The translations under genes were made by a program, and so were the position numbers. A stretch of DNA of 64,000 nucleotides from an uncultured delta proteobacterium (lineage in GTDB: Bacteria; Desulfobacterota; Binatia; Binatales; Binataceae). The stretch lies in assembly GCA_963711565.1 (NCBI GenBank), contig CAVQEQ010000002.1, forward strand, positions 224,001-288,000. The letters run 5' to 3'. Positions 1 through 9,542 of this stretch are shown in pieces. Within the stretch, counting starts at the first letter, position 1; every line of letters begins with the position of its first letter. The notes beneath the pieces were generated by a model. The model ran no database searches. It was not told the origin of the DNA and worked only from the letters and a program-made list of their open reading frames with translations.

Positions 1-821
1 CAGATCCCGCTTCAGTCGGGAAGATCCTCGGTAAGAAGATTGCTCCCCTAGACCACAGGCTGACCTCGATGGCCGAGATGCATGCATGGGCCGGCGAACA
101 CTTCGGGAATCCCGATCCCAAGCTGAGACCTGGGTTGTTCGAGGCGGCGTTTGCTCGCGCCGCTCGCGACGGTCTAGCGCGTTTCGAAATCGGCGACGAC
201 GTATGGGCGATTACGCTCGATGGTTCCGCGCACAATGTGACCAACATCCTCAAGCGCGCCCACGATCGCGGCGCGCCCGCCGTCGAATGGATTCCGCAAC
301 TCGGGATGTCGCGTCATTGTCGCATCGAGGATATCCGCCGATGGATGGAACCGTTCCTCGAGCTTCGCTTCTACCGGATTGTTGATCTGTCGGGTGACGA
401 GTTCGCGCAGCCGATCGAGAACTTCAAGCCGCTTTATCGCCTCGCGAAGAAAAACGAGCTCCAGCTCAAGGCCCATGTCGGCGAGTGGGGTGACGCAGAT
501 TCTGTCCGCCGCGCGGTCGAGGAACTCGAGCTCGACGAGGTGCAGCACGGCATCGCGGCCGCCGACTCGCAGTCCGTGATGCGCTTTCTCGCCAGCCATC
601 GCATCCGCCTCAACATCTGTCCCACATCCAATCTGATGCTCAGTAGGGTCGAGTCGCTCGCCTCACATCCGATCCGAAAGCTCTTCGATGCGGGCGTGCG
701 CGTGACCATCAACACCGATGACATGGCGATGTTCGGTCAGAGCGTTTCGCACGAGTTCCTCAACTTGTACAAAGCGGGATGCCTCGATGAAAAAGAACTC
801 GAGAACGGCCTTTCGGACTAA
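1..821 (+). CDS. Adenosine deaminase family metallo-hydrolase (5'-partial; frame is open from nt 3)
   Basis: Motifs DLSGDE, KAHVGE, QHGI, NICPTSN, TINTDD typical of the ADA/AMP deaminase fold; no stop upstream of nt 69 in this frame. Confidence 0.85.
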   Translation, partial: DPASVGKILGKKIAPLDHRLTSMAEMHAWAGEHFGNPDPKLRPGLFEAAFARAARDGLARFEIGDDVWAITLDGSAHNVTNILKRAHDRGAPAVEWIPQLGMSRHCRIEDIRRWMEPFLELRFYRIVDLSGDEFAQPIENFKPLYRLAKKNELQLKAHVGEWGDADSVRRAVEELELDEVQHGIAAADSQSVMRFLASHRIRLNICPTSNLMLSRVESLASHPIRKLFDAGVRVTINTDDMAMFGQSVSHEFLNLYKAGCLDEKELENGLSD

Positions 822-1076
822 CCAGCCCATCATCATCGCGGGACGTTCGGTTTTAGATTCAGCTCGGGTAGGGGGGATGAACTTTTCAGCCTGATGCAAA
901 CCCTCTTGCCGTGCTAAGTTCACGATATGGACAACCATCAGGATGCCCGCGACTCTCGTGAACCCTTCATAGTCGCGCCGCTCCCGCTTCGTGCCGAAAC
1001 AACTTTTTACGGAACGGAACTACCGGTGGTAGTACGCGGCTTAGAACCACAACATATGGTATAGAATCAGCTTTAA

Positions 1077-2351
1077 GTGAAAATTGTCCATCCAAGCGAC
1101 CACTCATCCGCGAGCATTCAGCGACTGCTCGACGCTGCCGATTCCGACGTTCTCTTTCTCGGCGACCCGCGGGTGACCGTCGAGCCGGGAGCGCGCATGT
1201 TCGATCGAATGACGGATGTCATCCACGATACCGGCGCTGGATGGGTCTATGCTGACGCGGTCGGCCATCCCCGTATCGACTATCAACGCGGCAGCATCCG
1301 CGACGGTTTCGACTTCGGCCCGGTCATCGCCCTGTCGGTTGATGCTGCGCGAGAGTCCGGAATCGACAGCACTTGGAAGTGGGAAGGACTCTACGATCTG
1401 CGGCTGAGGATTTCGGAAAAACACCCCGTCATGCGGATTCCCGAACCGATGTACACCGCGTCAACCACTGATGCGCGTCCGACGGGTCAAAAACAATTCG
1501 ACTATGTCGATCCGCGCAATCGCGAGTACCAAATCGAAATGGAGCGCATCGCGACGGCGCATCTCAAACGAATCGGCGCATGGTTGCAGTCACAGTTCGA
1601 GAACGTTCCAACCGCGGCCGAAAAATTTCCGGTAAAGGCCAGCGTAGTCATCCCGGTCCGCAATCGCGAGCGCACAATTCTCGACGCCGTCCGCAGCGCC
1701 CTCGTCCAAACCGCCGATTTCGATTTGAACGTGATCGTCGTCGATAACCATTCGACCGATCGCACGTCAGAAATCCTGCGCGCTATCAACGATTCGCGCG
1801 TCAAGCACATCATTCCCGAACGCCGCGACCTGGGAATTGGCGGATGCTGGAACGAGGCGATTTACTCCACGCACTGCGGACAATACGCCGTCCAGCTTGA
1901 TTCCGACGACCTGTACCTCAACGACAGTGTCCTTCGCCGTATCGTTGCGGAACTTGAAACCGGACCTTATGCGATGGTCATAGGCTCCTATACGATGGTC
2001 GATTTTTCGTTGAAGGAGATTCCGCCCGGCCTTATCGACCATCGCGAATGGACTCGCGACAACGGCAGAAACAACGCGCTCCGCATCAACGGTCTCGGCG
2101 CGCCGCGCGCATTCAACACGTCGGTTCTGCGCCGCATAGGATTTCCAAATGTCAGCTATGGCGAGGACTACGCCGTAGCCCTGCGCATCAGCCGTGACTA
2201 CGAAATCGGCCGCATCTACGAGTCCGTCTATCTATGCCGCCGATGGGAAGGCAACAGCGACAGCGCGCTGCCGCTCGAAGTTGCGAACCGCTACGATCAA
2301 TACAAGGACTGGCTCCGAACGATCGAGATTCAGGCTCGAACGCGCCGATGA
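1077..2351 (+). CDS. Glycosyltransferase family 2 protein
   Basis: SVVIPVRNRE, VVDNHSTD, QLDSDD, YGEDY GT-A motifs; degenerate N-terminal GT-like half. Confidence 0.9.
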   Translation: MKIVHPSDHSSASIQRLLDAADSDVLFLGDPRVTVEPGARMFDRMTDVIHDTGAGWVYADAVGHPRIDYQRGSIRDGFDFGPVIALSVDAARESGIDSTWKWEGLYDLRLRISEKHPVMRIPEPMYTASTTDARPTGQKQFDYVDPRNREYQIEMERIATAHLKRIGAWLQSQFENVPTAAEKFPVKASVVIPVRNRERTILDAVRSALVQTADFDLNVIVVDNHSTDRTSEILRAINDSRVKHIIPERRDLGIGGCWNEAIYSTHCGQYAVQLDSDDLYLNDSVLRRIVAELETGPYAMVIGSYTMVDFSLKEIPPGLIDHREWTRDNGRNNALRINGLGAPRAFNTSVLRRIGFPNVSYGEDYAVALRISRDYEIGRIYESVYLCRRWEGNSDSALPLEVANRYDQYKDWLRTIEIQARTRR

Positions 2352-3241
2352 TCAACGAAATAGAAGACCTGTTCGAGCGGCAGACGCGAGCATGGCCGCA
2401 ACTCGCGCAGGGCATCGAAGGCCTCGCGCGCGCGCAGACCCGGCCGGTGCGCATCGATTGGTTCAACGTCTTCATCCGACATCTCCCGCATCGCATGACT
2501 AGCACGACCGCATCTGTCGCCCTGGAGTCGGTTGCGAAGCGCCCGTGCTTCCTATGCGCGGCGAACCTCCCTCCTGAGGAAGAGGGCCTGCAGTTAGATG
2601 ACGACTTCACGATCTACTGCAATCCATTTCCGATCGTTGACCGTCACCTGACGATCGCGCACCGGGAACACCGCTCGCAGCGTATTGCAAACCAGTTCGG
2701 CAGCATGCTCGACATTGCGTCACGCCTCCCAGGATATTTCGTCATCTACAACGGTCCCGAATGCGGCGCATCCGCACCCGACCATATGCACTTCCAGGCC
2801 GGCTCGCGCGCCTTGTTTCCGATCGAAAAAGACACCGCTGGTCTGACCGGCATCACCGTCCCAAACTACGGAAGAAACGTGCTCCTACTCCGTGAACACG
2901 ATCGATCCGCTCTGATTGATAGGATGGATCGCGCCATCGATCTGCTTGCGGAAGCGACGGGCAAACGGCCCGAGCCGATGGTCAACCTCGCGGTCTTTTG
3001 TGAGAGCGGCGAGTGGGTCGCGTATCTGTTCCCGCGAGGAAAGCATCGCCCACAGGTCTTTCACACCGGTGAACTGACAGTCAGTCCGGCATCGATCGAT
3101 CTGTGCGGAATATTTGTCGTACCGCTGGCAAAGGACTTCGAGAGAATCACGGGTGAGGACATCGCCGCAGTCTTTCGAGAAGTCACTTTGCCTGACGACC
3201 AGTTTCAGGAAGTGGCCCGCAAGCTGGAGAGTAAGCCTTGA
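2348..3241 (+). CDS. DUF4922 / HIT-like nucleotidyl-phosphorylase (Ap4A or GDP-sugar phosphorylase-like)
   Basis: RPCFLC, NPFPI, YNGPECGASAPDHMHFQ (HxHxQ); ATGA overlap with GT2 stop fixes start at 2348. Confidence 0.8.
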   Translation: MINEIEDLFERQTRAWPQLAQGIEGLARAQTRPVRIDWFNVFIRHLPHRMTSTTASVALESVAKRPCFLCAANLPPEEEGLQLDDDFTIYCNPFPIVDRHLTIAHREHRSQRIANQFGSMLDIASRLPGYFVIYNGPECGASAPDHMHFQAGSRALFPIEKDTAGLTGITVPNYGRNVLLLREHDRSALIDRMDRAIDLLAEATGKRPEPMVNLAVFCESGEWVAYLFPRGKHRPQVFHTGELTVSPASIDLCGIFVVPLAKDFERITGEDIAAVFREVTLPDDQFQEVARKLESKP

Positions 3242-4458
3242 ACGTCTCGGTAGGACTGCTCGAAGGACGATCTGCTGTCGAAGTCGAATTGACGGGCACC
3301 TTCACCGATACTCGCGGCAAGTCCTACAACGCCGGACGCCATAAACTTATTTCTGAAGTCACGCTCACTCCGTCGGACTCGGCGTCGTGCGCCTTTGCGC
3401 TCGACGACATCACGATCGGAATCGGATTTCATTGGGAACGCAAGGAGCGCCAGGTGTTTCGCGGCGCACTTCGCCTCGTGAAACGAACGACCGGGCTGAC
3501 AGTGATCAACGATGTCCCGCTCGAAGACTACGTCACCAGCGTGATTTCATCCGAGATGAGTGCAAGCTGTCCGCTCGAGATGCTGAAAGCTCACGCCGTG
3601 ATCTCGCGCAGTTGGCTGTGGTTTCCCAAAGCAAATCCCCCTCGCTCAGTGAAATCGCAAAGTGAGAGTCCCGATTCCCACGAGATCCTTCGCTGGTACG
3701 GCCGCGAAGCGCATCCGGATTTCGACGTTTGCGCCGACGACCACTGCCAGCGCTATCAGGGCATCACGAAAGCGTTCTCTCCTGCAGCCGCCGAAGCGGG
3801 TCGCGCGACGGCCGGCGAGTTTCTCCGTTACAACGGCGCTATCTGCGACGCGCGGTTTTCCAAATGCTGCGGCGGAATAACCGAGCGCTACGCGACCGCA
3901 TGGGAGGACCAACAAATTTCCTACCTCGAGTCTATCTACGACGGTCCGGCGCAATCCCACTCTTATACTCCAAAGACATGGATAGGTTCCGCACCACCGG
4001 CTTACTGCAATACGCACGATTCGGAACTCCTCGCACGCGTTCTCCCCGGGTTCGATCAGGAAACTCGCGACTTCTATCGATGGGAGGTCGCGTACACCCC
4101 GGAAGAACTGGCTGCTCTGATCAAATCAAGGCTCGGCGCGGACCTTGGTCCTATCTGCGACATGAAAGCGCTCGCACGCGGACCTTCCGGCCGAATATAT
4201 CGCCTGAAGATCGTCGGCGAACGCGATTACATCATCATCGGCAAAGAACTGGAAATTCGCCGTGCGTTATCGCCCACGCATCTCTACAGCTCTGCATTCG
4301 TCGTAAGCAAGAAATCCGATCGCTTCGTCCTAAGGGGAGCCGGCTGGGGACACGGCGTAGGCCTATGTCAGCTGGGCGCGGCAGTCATGGCAAATGAAGG
4401 CAAGACCTACACAGAAATCTTGCAACACTACTATAGTGGCACCACTGTCAGCACTTAG
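3238..4458 (+). CDS. SpoIID/LytB domain protein (lytic transglycosylase-like)
   Basis: INDVPLEDYVTSVISSEM, LKAHAVISRS, CADDHCQRYQG, GWGHGVGLCQ, ILQHYY. Confidence 0.9.
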   Translation: MNVSVGLLEGRSAVEVELTGTFTDTRGKSYNAGRHKLISEVTLTPSDSASCAFALDDITIGIGFHWERKERQVFRGALRLVKRTTGLTVINDVPLEDYVTSVISSEMSASCPLEMLKAHAVISRSWLWFPKANPPRSVKSQSESPDSHEILRWYGREAHPDFDVCADDHCQRYQGITKAFSPAAAEAGRATAGEFLRYNGAICDARFSKCCGGITERYATAWEDQQISYLESIYDGPAQSHSYTPKTWIGSAPPAYCNTHDSELLARVLPGFDQETRDFYRWEVAYTPEELAALIKSRLGADLGPICDMKALARGPSGRIYRLKIVGERDYIIIGKELEIRRALSPTHLYSSAFVVSKKSDRFVLRGAGWGHGVGLCQLGAAVMANEGKTYTEILQHYYSGTTVST

Positions 4459-4468
4459 ACATTCAACG

Positions 4469-5362
4469 TTATCCGTCGTATTCGCTCTTGCAAAACTCCT
4501 GATAGTCTCGCCGGTTCTGCGCCAGCAGTTTCGCGCGGACCTCATCGGTCAGACCAGCGAGCATAGCTACCTCCTCGTAGCCTCCGGGGACATAGCTGAG
4601 ATGCGAAATCAGTCCGTAACCATTGTCCCACACATGAAGCTGCACCGCCCGCGGCTCCATCGTGAATTCAAATCCGTTTTGCGCCGTCAGATTCAGCGAG
4701 ACCTGATGACAAGTGCTAGGTGATGTGGACGCAATCGTGCCCGCCCAGGCGACATGGATTGGCCGATGAATATGACCGCATGCGACTCGCACGACCTGCC
4801 GATGCCGCCGCACAACGTTCTCCATCATCCGGCCGCCATGCAGCCCTGCCGCGTCCATCCATTGGATCCCGGTGCGGAACGGCGGGTGATGCATGAAAAT
4901 CAGCGTCGGACAGTCCGGCCGCGCGCTCAGCGTAGCGTCGAGCCATCGCAGCCGTTCCTCGCACATCATCCCGTGATGGTGTTCCGGCACGGTGGTATCG
5001 AGTCCAATCAGCCGGACGGGAAACCTGTCGATCGCATAGTTCACGTACGGTGCATCGGGCGGCGGCATGTAGTCCTCGCCGGCAAACGCCTTCAACAGGA
5101 CATCGCGCCGGTCGTGATTTCCCGGGATCACGAACACGGGAGGAATCAAGTCTGACAAAATCTCGCGCAGCAAATCGTATTCTTCCGGGCGCCCGTGGTC
5201 CGTCAGATCGCCCGATGCGATCACCGCGTCCGGCCTGGGATCGAGACTGTTGATGTGAGCGATGGCCTGCGCGAGCTGCGCGTTGGTCGGCACCTTGCGA
5301 TAGCACAGACGATCTTTCGCCACCACGTGAAGATCGGTGATTTGCGCGATGATCATATTCAC
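4469..5362 (-). CDS. Metallophosphoesterase, CpdA/GpdQ-like phosphodiesterase
   Basis: ITDLH, SGDL, PGNHD, MHHPP, CGHIH motifs. Confidence 0.9.
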   Translation of the reverse strand: MNMIIAQITDLHVVAKDRLCYRKVPTNAQLAQAIAHINSLDPRPDAVIASGDLTDHGRPEEYDLLREILSDLIPPVFVIPGNHDRRDVLLKAFAGEDYMPPPDAPYVNYAIDRFPVRLIGLDTTVPEHHHGMMCEERLRWLDATLSARPDCPTLIFMHHPPFRTGIQWMDAAGLHGGRMMENVVRRHRQVVRVACGHIHRPIHVAWAGTIASTSPSTCHQVSLNLTAQNGFEFTMEPRAVQLHVWDNGYGLISHLSYVPGGYEEVAMLAGLTDEVRAKLLAQNRRDYQEFCKSEYDG

Positions 5363-5395
5363 CTCTCTCAGAAATGCTTCGCGAGGTCGGCGGCT

Positions 5396-6499
5396 CTATT
5401 CGAGCTCGCCCAACACCCATGCCGCGGTATCCTCGGGCAAGTCGGGAATCCATTGCATGAACTCGTCGAGGCTGTTCCCTACCACCTGGCTGCCGAGATT
5501 TCCCTGCAGCACTTCGTGAAAGCGGCCGGCGACTCGCCGGCTGAGCAAGCCACAGCGGCGCAACGTCGGGAGCACGAACCCCGACACTGGTCCGCGCCGG
5601 CGCCCCGCTGGACGTGGCGGGCGAATCAACTGGTCGCGCTCGCGTTGCGCGCAGGCCAGCAGCTCGACGGTGTCGATGCCCGCCTCGGCCCAGCTTTGCA
5701 GCAGCGCCGCCATGAATCCGGCCTGATTGCGGCCGCCGATAATTGCGATAGCGGCCTCGAAGGCGAAGTCTTCGAGATCCTCGCGCTCGGCCGCCGAAAG
5801 GCATGGCACACAGCGCTCAACGTACTGCACGCCGTAGGCATGATGACGCGCCTCGTCGCGCCCCACATAGGTGAGAATCTCTTTCAGCAGCGGTTCCTCG
5901 GTGAGATTGCGCATCTCGCGGAAGCTGTAGAGCGCGAGCCCCTCGACCACGATCTGCATGCCGACGAGCTTCTTGGCCCAGTCGCCGGTCTCCAGTGTGC
6001 TGTCGAGCAGACCTTTGAGGTTAGGCGCGATCGGCCGGACCATATCGAGCTTTTGGATGTAGCGCGCGAATACCTCGACATGTCGCGCCTCATCGACGGT
6101 CTGAGTCGCCGCGTAGAACTTGGCGTCGGTATGCGGCACCGCATTCACGAGTTGCGCGGCGACCATCAGGGCGCCCTGCTCGCCATGCAGAAAGTTGCTC
6201 AGGCGAAAGCTCGCCATCCGTTTCTTCAGCTCCCATACGGTCTCGGCACTGAGCGAGCGCCAGTACGAGGTCTGTTCAACCGGAAAGCCGATTCCGAGCG
6301 GCGTAGCAGCCAGCGCGGCGTGATCGAGCGGCCGCTCCCAGTCGAGCTGGCGTTCAGCGATCCACTGCGCCTCCAATGCTTTGACGTACAAGCTGCGCAG
6401 CTCCTCGACCTCGGAACCGTAGTTCCACTGATAGACCACCTTCATCGCGGTCGACAGGCCACGCTCCTGCGTGGCGGAGATAATGTCGAATTGACTCAT
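5396..6499 (-). CDS. Ferritin-like diiron protein (AurF/aldehyde-decarbonylase-like)
   Basis: FLHGEQGAL, two DEARH motifs, VEGLAL; start at ATG 6499 chosen (alternative TTG 6550). Confidence 0.8.
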   Translation of the reverse strand: MSQFDIISATQERGLSTAMKVVYQWNYGSEVEELRSLYVKALEAQWIAERQLDWERPLDHAALAATPLGIGFPVEQTSYWRSLSAETVWELKKRMASFRLSNFLHGEQGALMVAAQLVNAVPHTDAKFYAATQTVDEARHVEVFARYIQKLDMVRPIAPNLKGLLDSTLETGDWAKKLVGMQIVVEGLALYSFREMRNLTEEPLLKEILTYVGRDEARHHAYGVQYVERCVPCLSAAEREDLEDFAFEAAIAIIGGRNQAGFMAALLQSWAEAGIDTVELLACAQRERDQLIRPPRPAGRRRGPVSGFVLPTLRRCGLLSRRVAGRFHEVLQGNLGSQVVGNSLDEFMQWIPDLPEDTAAWVLGELE

Positions 6500-6646
6500 C
6501 TGGATGTTGGGTTCTCCCGCTGCAATGGCGCTGCTCGAAGTTAGCCCCAAGACCTCTGACGGGACAAGTGAGCCGCATCTCGCCGCTCGCCGCGCTCGTG
6601 CAGGTAGTCCTTTACGATCGCTCCGATGCGCGCTGCGACAATACGC

Positions 6647-8197
6647 CTACTCGGCGATTCGCTTCGAGTGTCCGATCCAGTAGCGATCCTTGATTAGCCG
6701 CTTATAGAGCTTGCCGGTCGGATGGCGCGGCAGCTCCGAATCGAAGTCAATTGTCCGCGGGCACTTGATCGCGGACAGATGCGCGCGGCAAAAACCGATC
6801 AGCTCCGCCTCGAGCGCCGGCCCGGCCTGCTTGATGTCAACCGGCTGCACAACGGCTTTGACTTCCTCGCCGAAATCCTCGTTGGGCACGCCGAACACAG
6901 CGACGTCCTCGACCTTCGGATGAGTCGCGAGCAGGTTCTCAGCCTCTTGCGGATAGATGTTCACACCGCCGCTGATGATCATGTTGGCCTTGCGATCGGT
7001 CAGGTAGAGATAGCCGTCGCGATCGAGATAGCCGATATCGCCGAGCGTCGACCATCCCTTGTCGTTGCGCGAGCTTTTCGTTTTCTCAGGATCGTTGTGA
7101 TACTCGAATGTGCCGCCGCCTTCGAAAAAGATCGTCCCCGCTTCGCCAGTCGGAAGCTCAACTCCGTCATCGCCAACGATATACACCTTTCCCATCAGCG
7201 GCTTGCCGACCGAGCCCTTATGCTGCAGCCACTGCACGCTGTCGATGGCGCAAAACCCGTTGCCTTCGGTCCCTGCATAGTATTCGTAGATTTTCGGCCC
7301 CCACCAAGCAATCATCTGTTCCTTGATCGCGATTGGACAGGGCGCGGACGCGTGGATGACCACCCTCAGCGTTGAGTGATCGTATTTGCGGCGGATCGGC
7401 TCGGGCAACTTGAGCATCCGGATGAACATCGTCGGCACCATCTGCGTATGCGTCACTCGGTACTTCTCGATAAGCACGAGCGACTGTTCCGCGTCGAAGT
7501 GCTCCATGACGATTACGGTGCCACCGATCCGATGTATCGCCATTGTGAACTGCAGCGGCGCCGAATGATAAAGCGGTGCCGGCGATAGGTAAATCATCTC
7601 GGGAGTCGCCTGGTAGAGCCCAGCCAGCAGCATGCCGATAGGATTCGACGCGCCCAGCGGTTGTCCGCTCAGCCGATGCTTCACGCCCTTGGGCTTGCCG
7701 GTGGTGCCCGACGAGTAGAGCATCGCGGCGCCTTCGGTCTCGTCGGGAATCGGAGTCGTCGGTTGCGAGCCAACCGCGTCCTCCCATGATTCATAATTCG
7801 CGATCGTGCCGTCCATCATGTAGCGCTTGATGCGGCCGGGAATCATATTGGCTGTGTCCATCTGGCTTGCGACATCGGCCATCGCGTGCGTTGTGATGAA
7901 AACCTTCGCGCCGGAGTCATTTACGATGTAGGCGACTTCCTCCGCCGTCAGGCGTGAGCTGATTGCGGTGTAGTACAGTCCGGAACGCTGCGCCGCCCAG
8001 AGAACCTGGTGATAGCGGGGATGATTCTCAGCGAACAATGCGATTGTGTCGCCCGGCTTGAGTCCCAGCGAACGCAATAGATTCGCGGCGCGATTCGACT
8101 CATCGTCAAGCTCGCGATAGGTGATAGCCTTGCCGCTCGCTGCCATAATGTAAGCGGCCTTGTCAGGATTGCTCTGCGCGTGAATTCCGGGATGCAT
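6647..8197 (-). CDS. Acyl-CoA synthetase / AMP-binding protein
   Basis: YSSGTTGKPKG, YAGTE, GDIG, ISGGVNIYPQE, TGKLYK. Confidence 0.93.
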   Translation of the reverse strand: MHPGIHAQSNPDKAAYIMAASGKAITYRELDDESNRAANLLRSLGLKPGDTIALFAENHPRYHQVLWAAQRSGLYYTAISSRLTAEEVAYIVNDSGAKVFITTHAMADVASQMDTANMIPGRIKRYMMDGTIANYESWEDAVGSQPTTPIPDETEGAAMLYSSGTTGKPKGVKHRLSGQPLGASNPIGMLLAGLYQATPEMIYLSPAPLYHSAPLQFTMAIHRIGGTVIVMEHFDAEQSLVLIEKYRVTHTQMVPTMFIRMLKLPEPIRRKYDHSTLRVVIHASAPCPIAIKEQMIAWWGPKIYEYYAGTEGNGFCAIDSVQWLQHKGSVGKPLMGKVYIVGDDGVELPTGEAGTIFFEGGGTFEYHNDPEKTKSSRNDKGWSTLGDIGYLDRDGYLYLTDRKANMIISGGVNIYPQEAENLLATHPKVEDVAVFGVPNEDFGEEVKAVVQPVDIKQAGPALEAELIGFCRAHLSAIKCPRTIDFDSELPRHPTGKLYKRLIKDRYWIGHSKRIAE

Positions 8198-8371
8198 CAG
8201 TTGTCGAATCGTCCCTTCGTGACCTCGTAAATCACTGTCCGTGGCTCACCTAGTATCATACGAACCGATGTGATCGGAAAGGAGATCCGATTTGCCGCGC
8301 GCCTCCCATTTGATTTTGATCAGAGCGCGGCCGATGTTCTCTATGGTTCGTAGGTAGTTGACCAGCGGCGA

Positions 8372-8839
8372 ATGCATGCATATACAATGAGTATGATCCT
8401 GAATGCCGGAAACTTGGATACCAAGAGTATCGAAGGCGTATGCGTCGGTGGTTGCGTGCGCAAGCTGAATCGGATGGTCAGCGCGATCTATGACGGCGCA
8501 CTGGCAAACGCCGGATTGAAGACCAGCCAGTTCAGCGTGCTCGTTTCGGTCGCCAATCGAAAACAGGCTCGGCCAGCGGAGCTTATAAAGCATCTCGAGT
8601 TGGATGAATCGACGGTCAGCCGAAACGTCGAGCGGATGTGCGCCAGGGGCTGGCTGCGGCTCGTACCGGACGCCGATCGACGCAGCCATTTGATCGAAGT
8701 GACCGACAAGGGTCAGGCTCTGATTCGCAAATGCCTTCCAGCCTGGCAGAAGGCTCAGACAGAAGTCAGTCGGCGCCTCGGCACAGATTCTGTCGCAGAG
8801 TTGAGGTCCGCCCTTCGCAAACTAAGCGCCCGAAGTTAG
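8372..8839 (+). CDS. MarR family transcriptional regulator (start may be ATG 8387 or 8393)
   Basis: C..VRKLNRMVSAIYD..L...GL..SQFSVL, LDESTVSRNV, DRR, TDKG winged-helix pattern. Confidence 0.9.
   Translation: MHAYTMSMILNAGNLDTKSIEGVCVGGCVRKLNRMVSAIYDGALANAGLKTSQFSVLVSVANRKQARPAELIKHLELDESTVSRNVERMCARGWLRLVPDADRRSHLIEVTDKGQALIRKCLPAWQKAQTEVSRRLGTDSVAELRSALRKLSARS
8376..8387. promoter_or_regulatory. Probable autoregulatory MarR operator (ATGCATATACAA) overlapping the marR promoter/start
   Basis: Imperfect copy of the TTGTATATACAA palindrome at 9503 and 12569; TTGACC -35-like box at 8358. Confidence 0.55.
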
Positions 8840-8905
8840 TCGCGTCTTACGATGTGAAAATCGCCCGTCGAGGATTTATCTGTTCCCCCGCGCGATAGCG
8901 AAACG

Positions 8906-9421
8906 CTATTTGGGGAAGAGCGCGCGGAGTATCGACGGCAGGACTTCACCGTCATAGCGCTCGACGTGTGAGTCGAGCGCCCGAGCGAAAGCCAGCAGGG
9001 CTTGCGCGAAGGCACCGCGGTCTCCTGTTGTTAGCTTGCGATCCACGCCCGACGACAGCTCGTGCAGTGTTGCGATCAGCTTGCGCATTTCCTGACGTTC
9101 GTTCTTCAACGTGTCGAGCAGTGCGCCCGAAATCGCGTGATGCGCCTCGCCCCACGAGATCAGCCCGTCTTCGATTTGCAGGTGCGACCATAGATCGTGC
9201 CGTATCTGGTCCCACACCTGCAGGGCATGCTGACCCGCTGCAATCGCGGCGGGGTCACCGGCAAGCCTGCTGGCGGCGAAAGCCAATCGCACACCAAGAC
9301 CGTTCAACTTTCTGTGTTCGGCTCCGAGACACGCCACCATCGTGTTGATCATTGGTATCTCAAGCTCGGGCAGCGGACTGCTGCATGGCGTATTCCGAAT
9401 TGTAAAATCCTTCGCTTCCAT
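8906..9421 (-). CDS. Degenerate hemerythrin-like four-helix protein
   Basis: L.AEH..L, HLQIED, HVERYDGEVLP resemble hemerythrin H/HxxxE motifs with some ligands missing; GAGG RBS before ATG 9421. Confidence 0.55.
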   Translation of the reverse strand: MEAKDFTIRNTPCSSPLPELEIPMINTMVACLGAEHRKLNGLGVRLAFAASRLAGDPAAIAAGQHALQVWDQIRHDLWSHLQIEDGLISWGEAHHAISGALLDTLKNERQEMRKLIATLHELSSGVDRKLTTGDRGAFAQALLAFARALDSHVERYDGEVLPSILRALFPK

Positions 9422-9501
9422 GTTTGTGGCCTCGGCTACTTGAGCAATCCGGATGCCAACAGCAGAACGGTCTGAATGCAGAGAAGTTTCTTGGTCCGAA
9501 C

Positions 9502-9526
9502 CTTGTATATACAAGGTATATACAAG
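9502..9526. promoter_or_regulatory. Palindromic operator CTTGTATATACAAG plus adjacent partial copy GTATATACAAG (probable MarR site)
   Basis: Perfect 14-bp palindrome between the divergent hemerythrin-like gene and emrA; repeated exactly at 12568. Confidence 0.7.
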
Positions 9527-9542
9527 CACGAGGGACCGAAGA

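Noticed and set aside
5195-6544. Long antisense ORFs (5195-6544 +, 58286-59494 -, 34692-35627 -, 49736-50590 -)
   Set aside because: Shadow frames of well-supported genes in GC-rich DNA with no recognisable motifs
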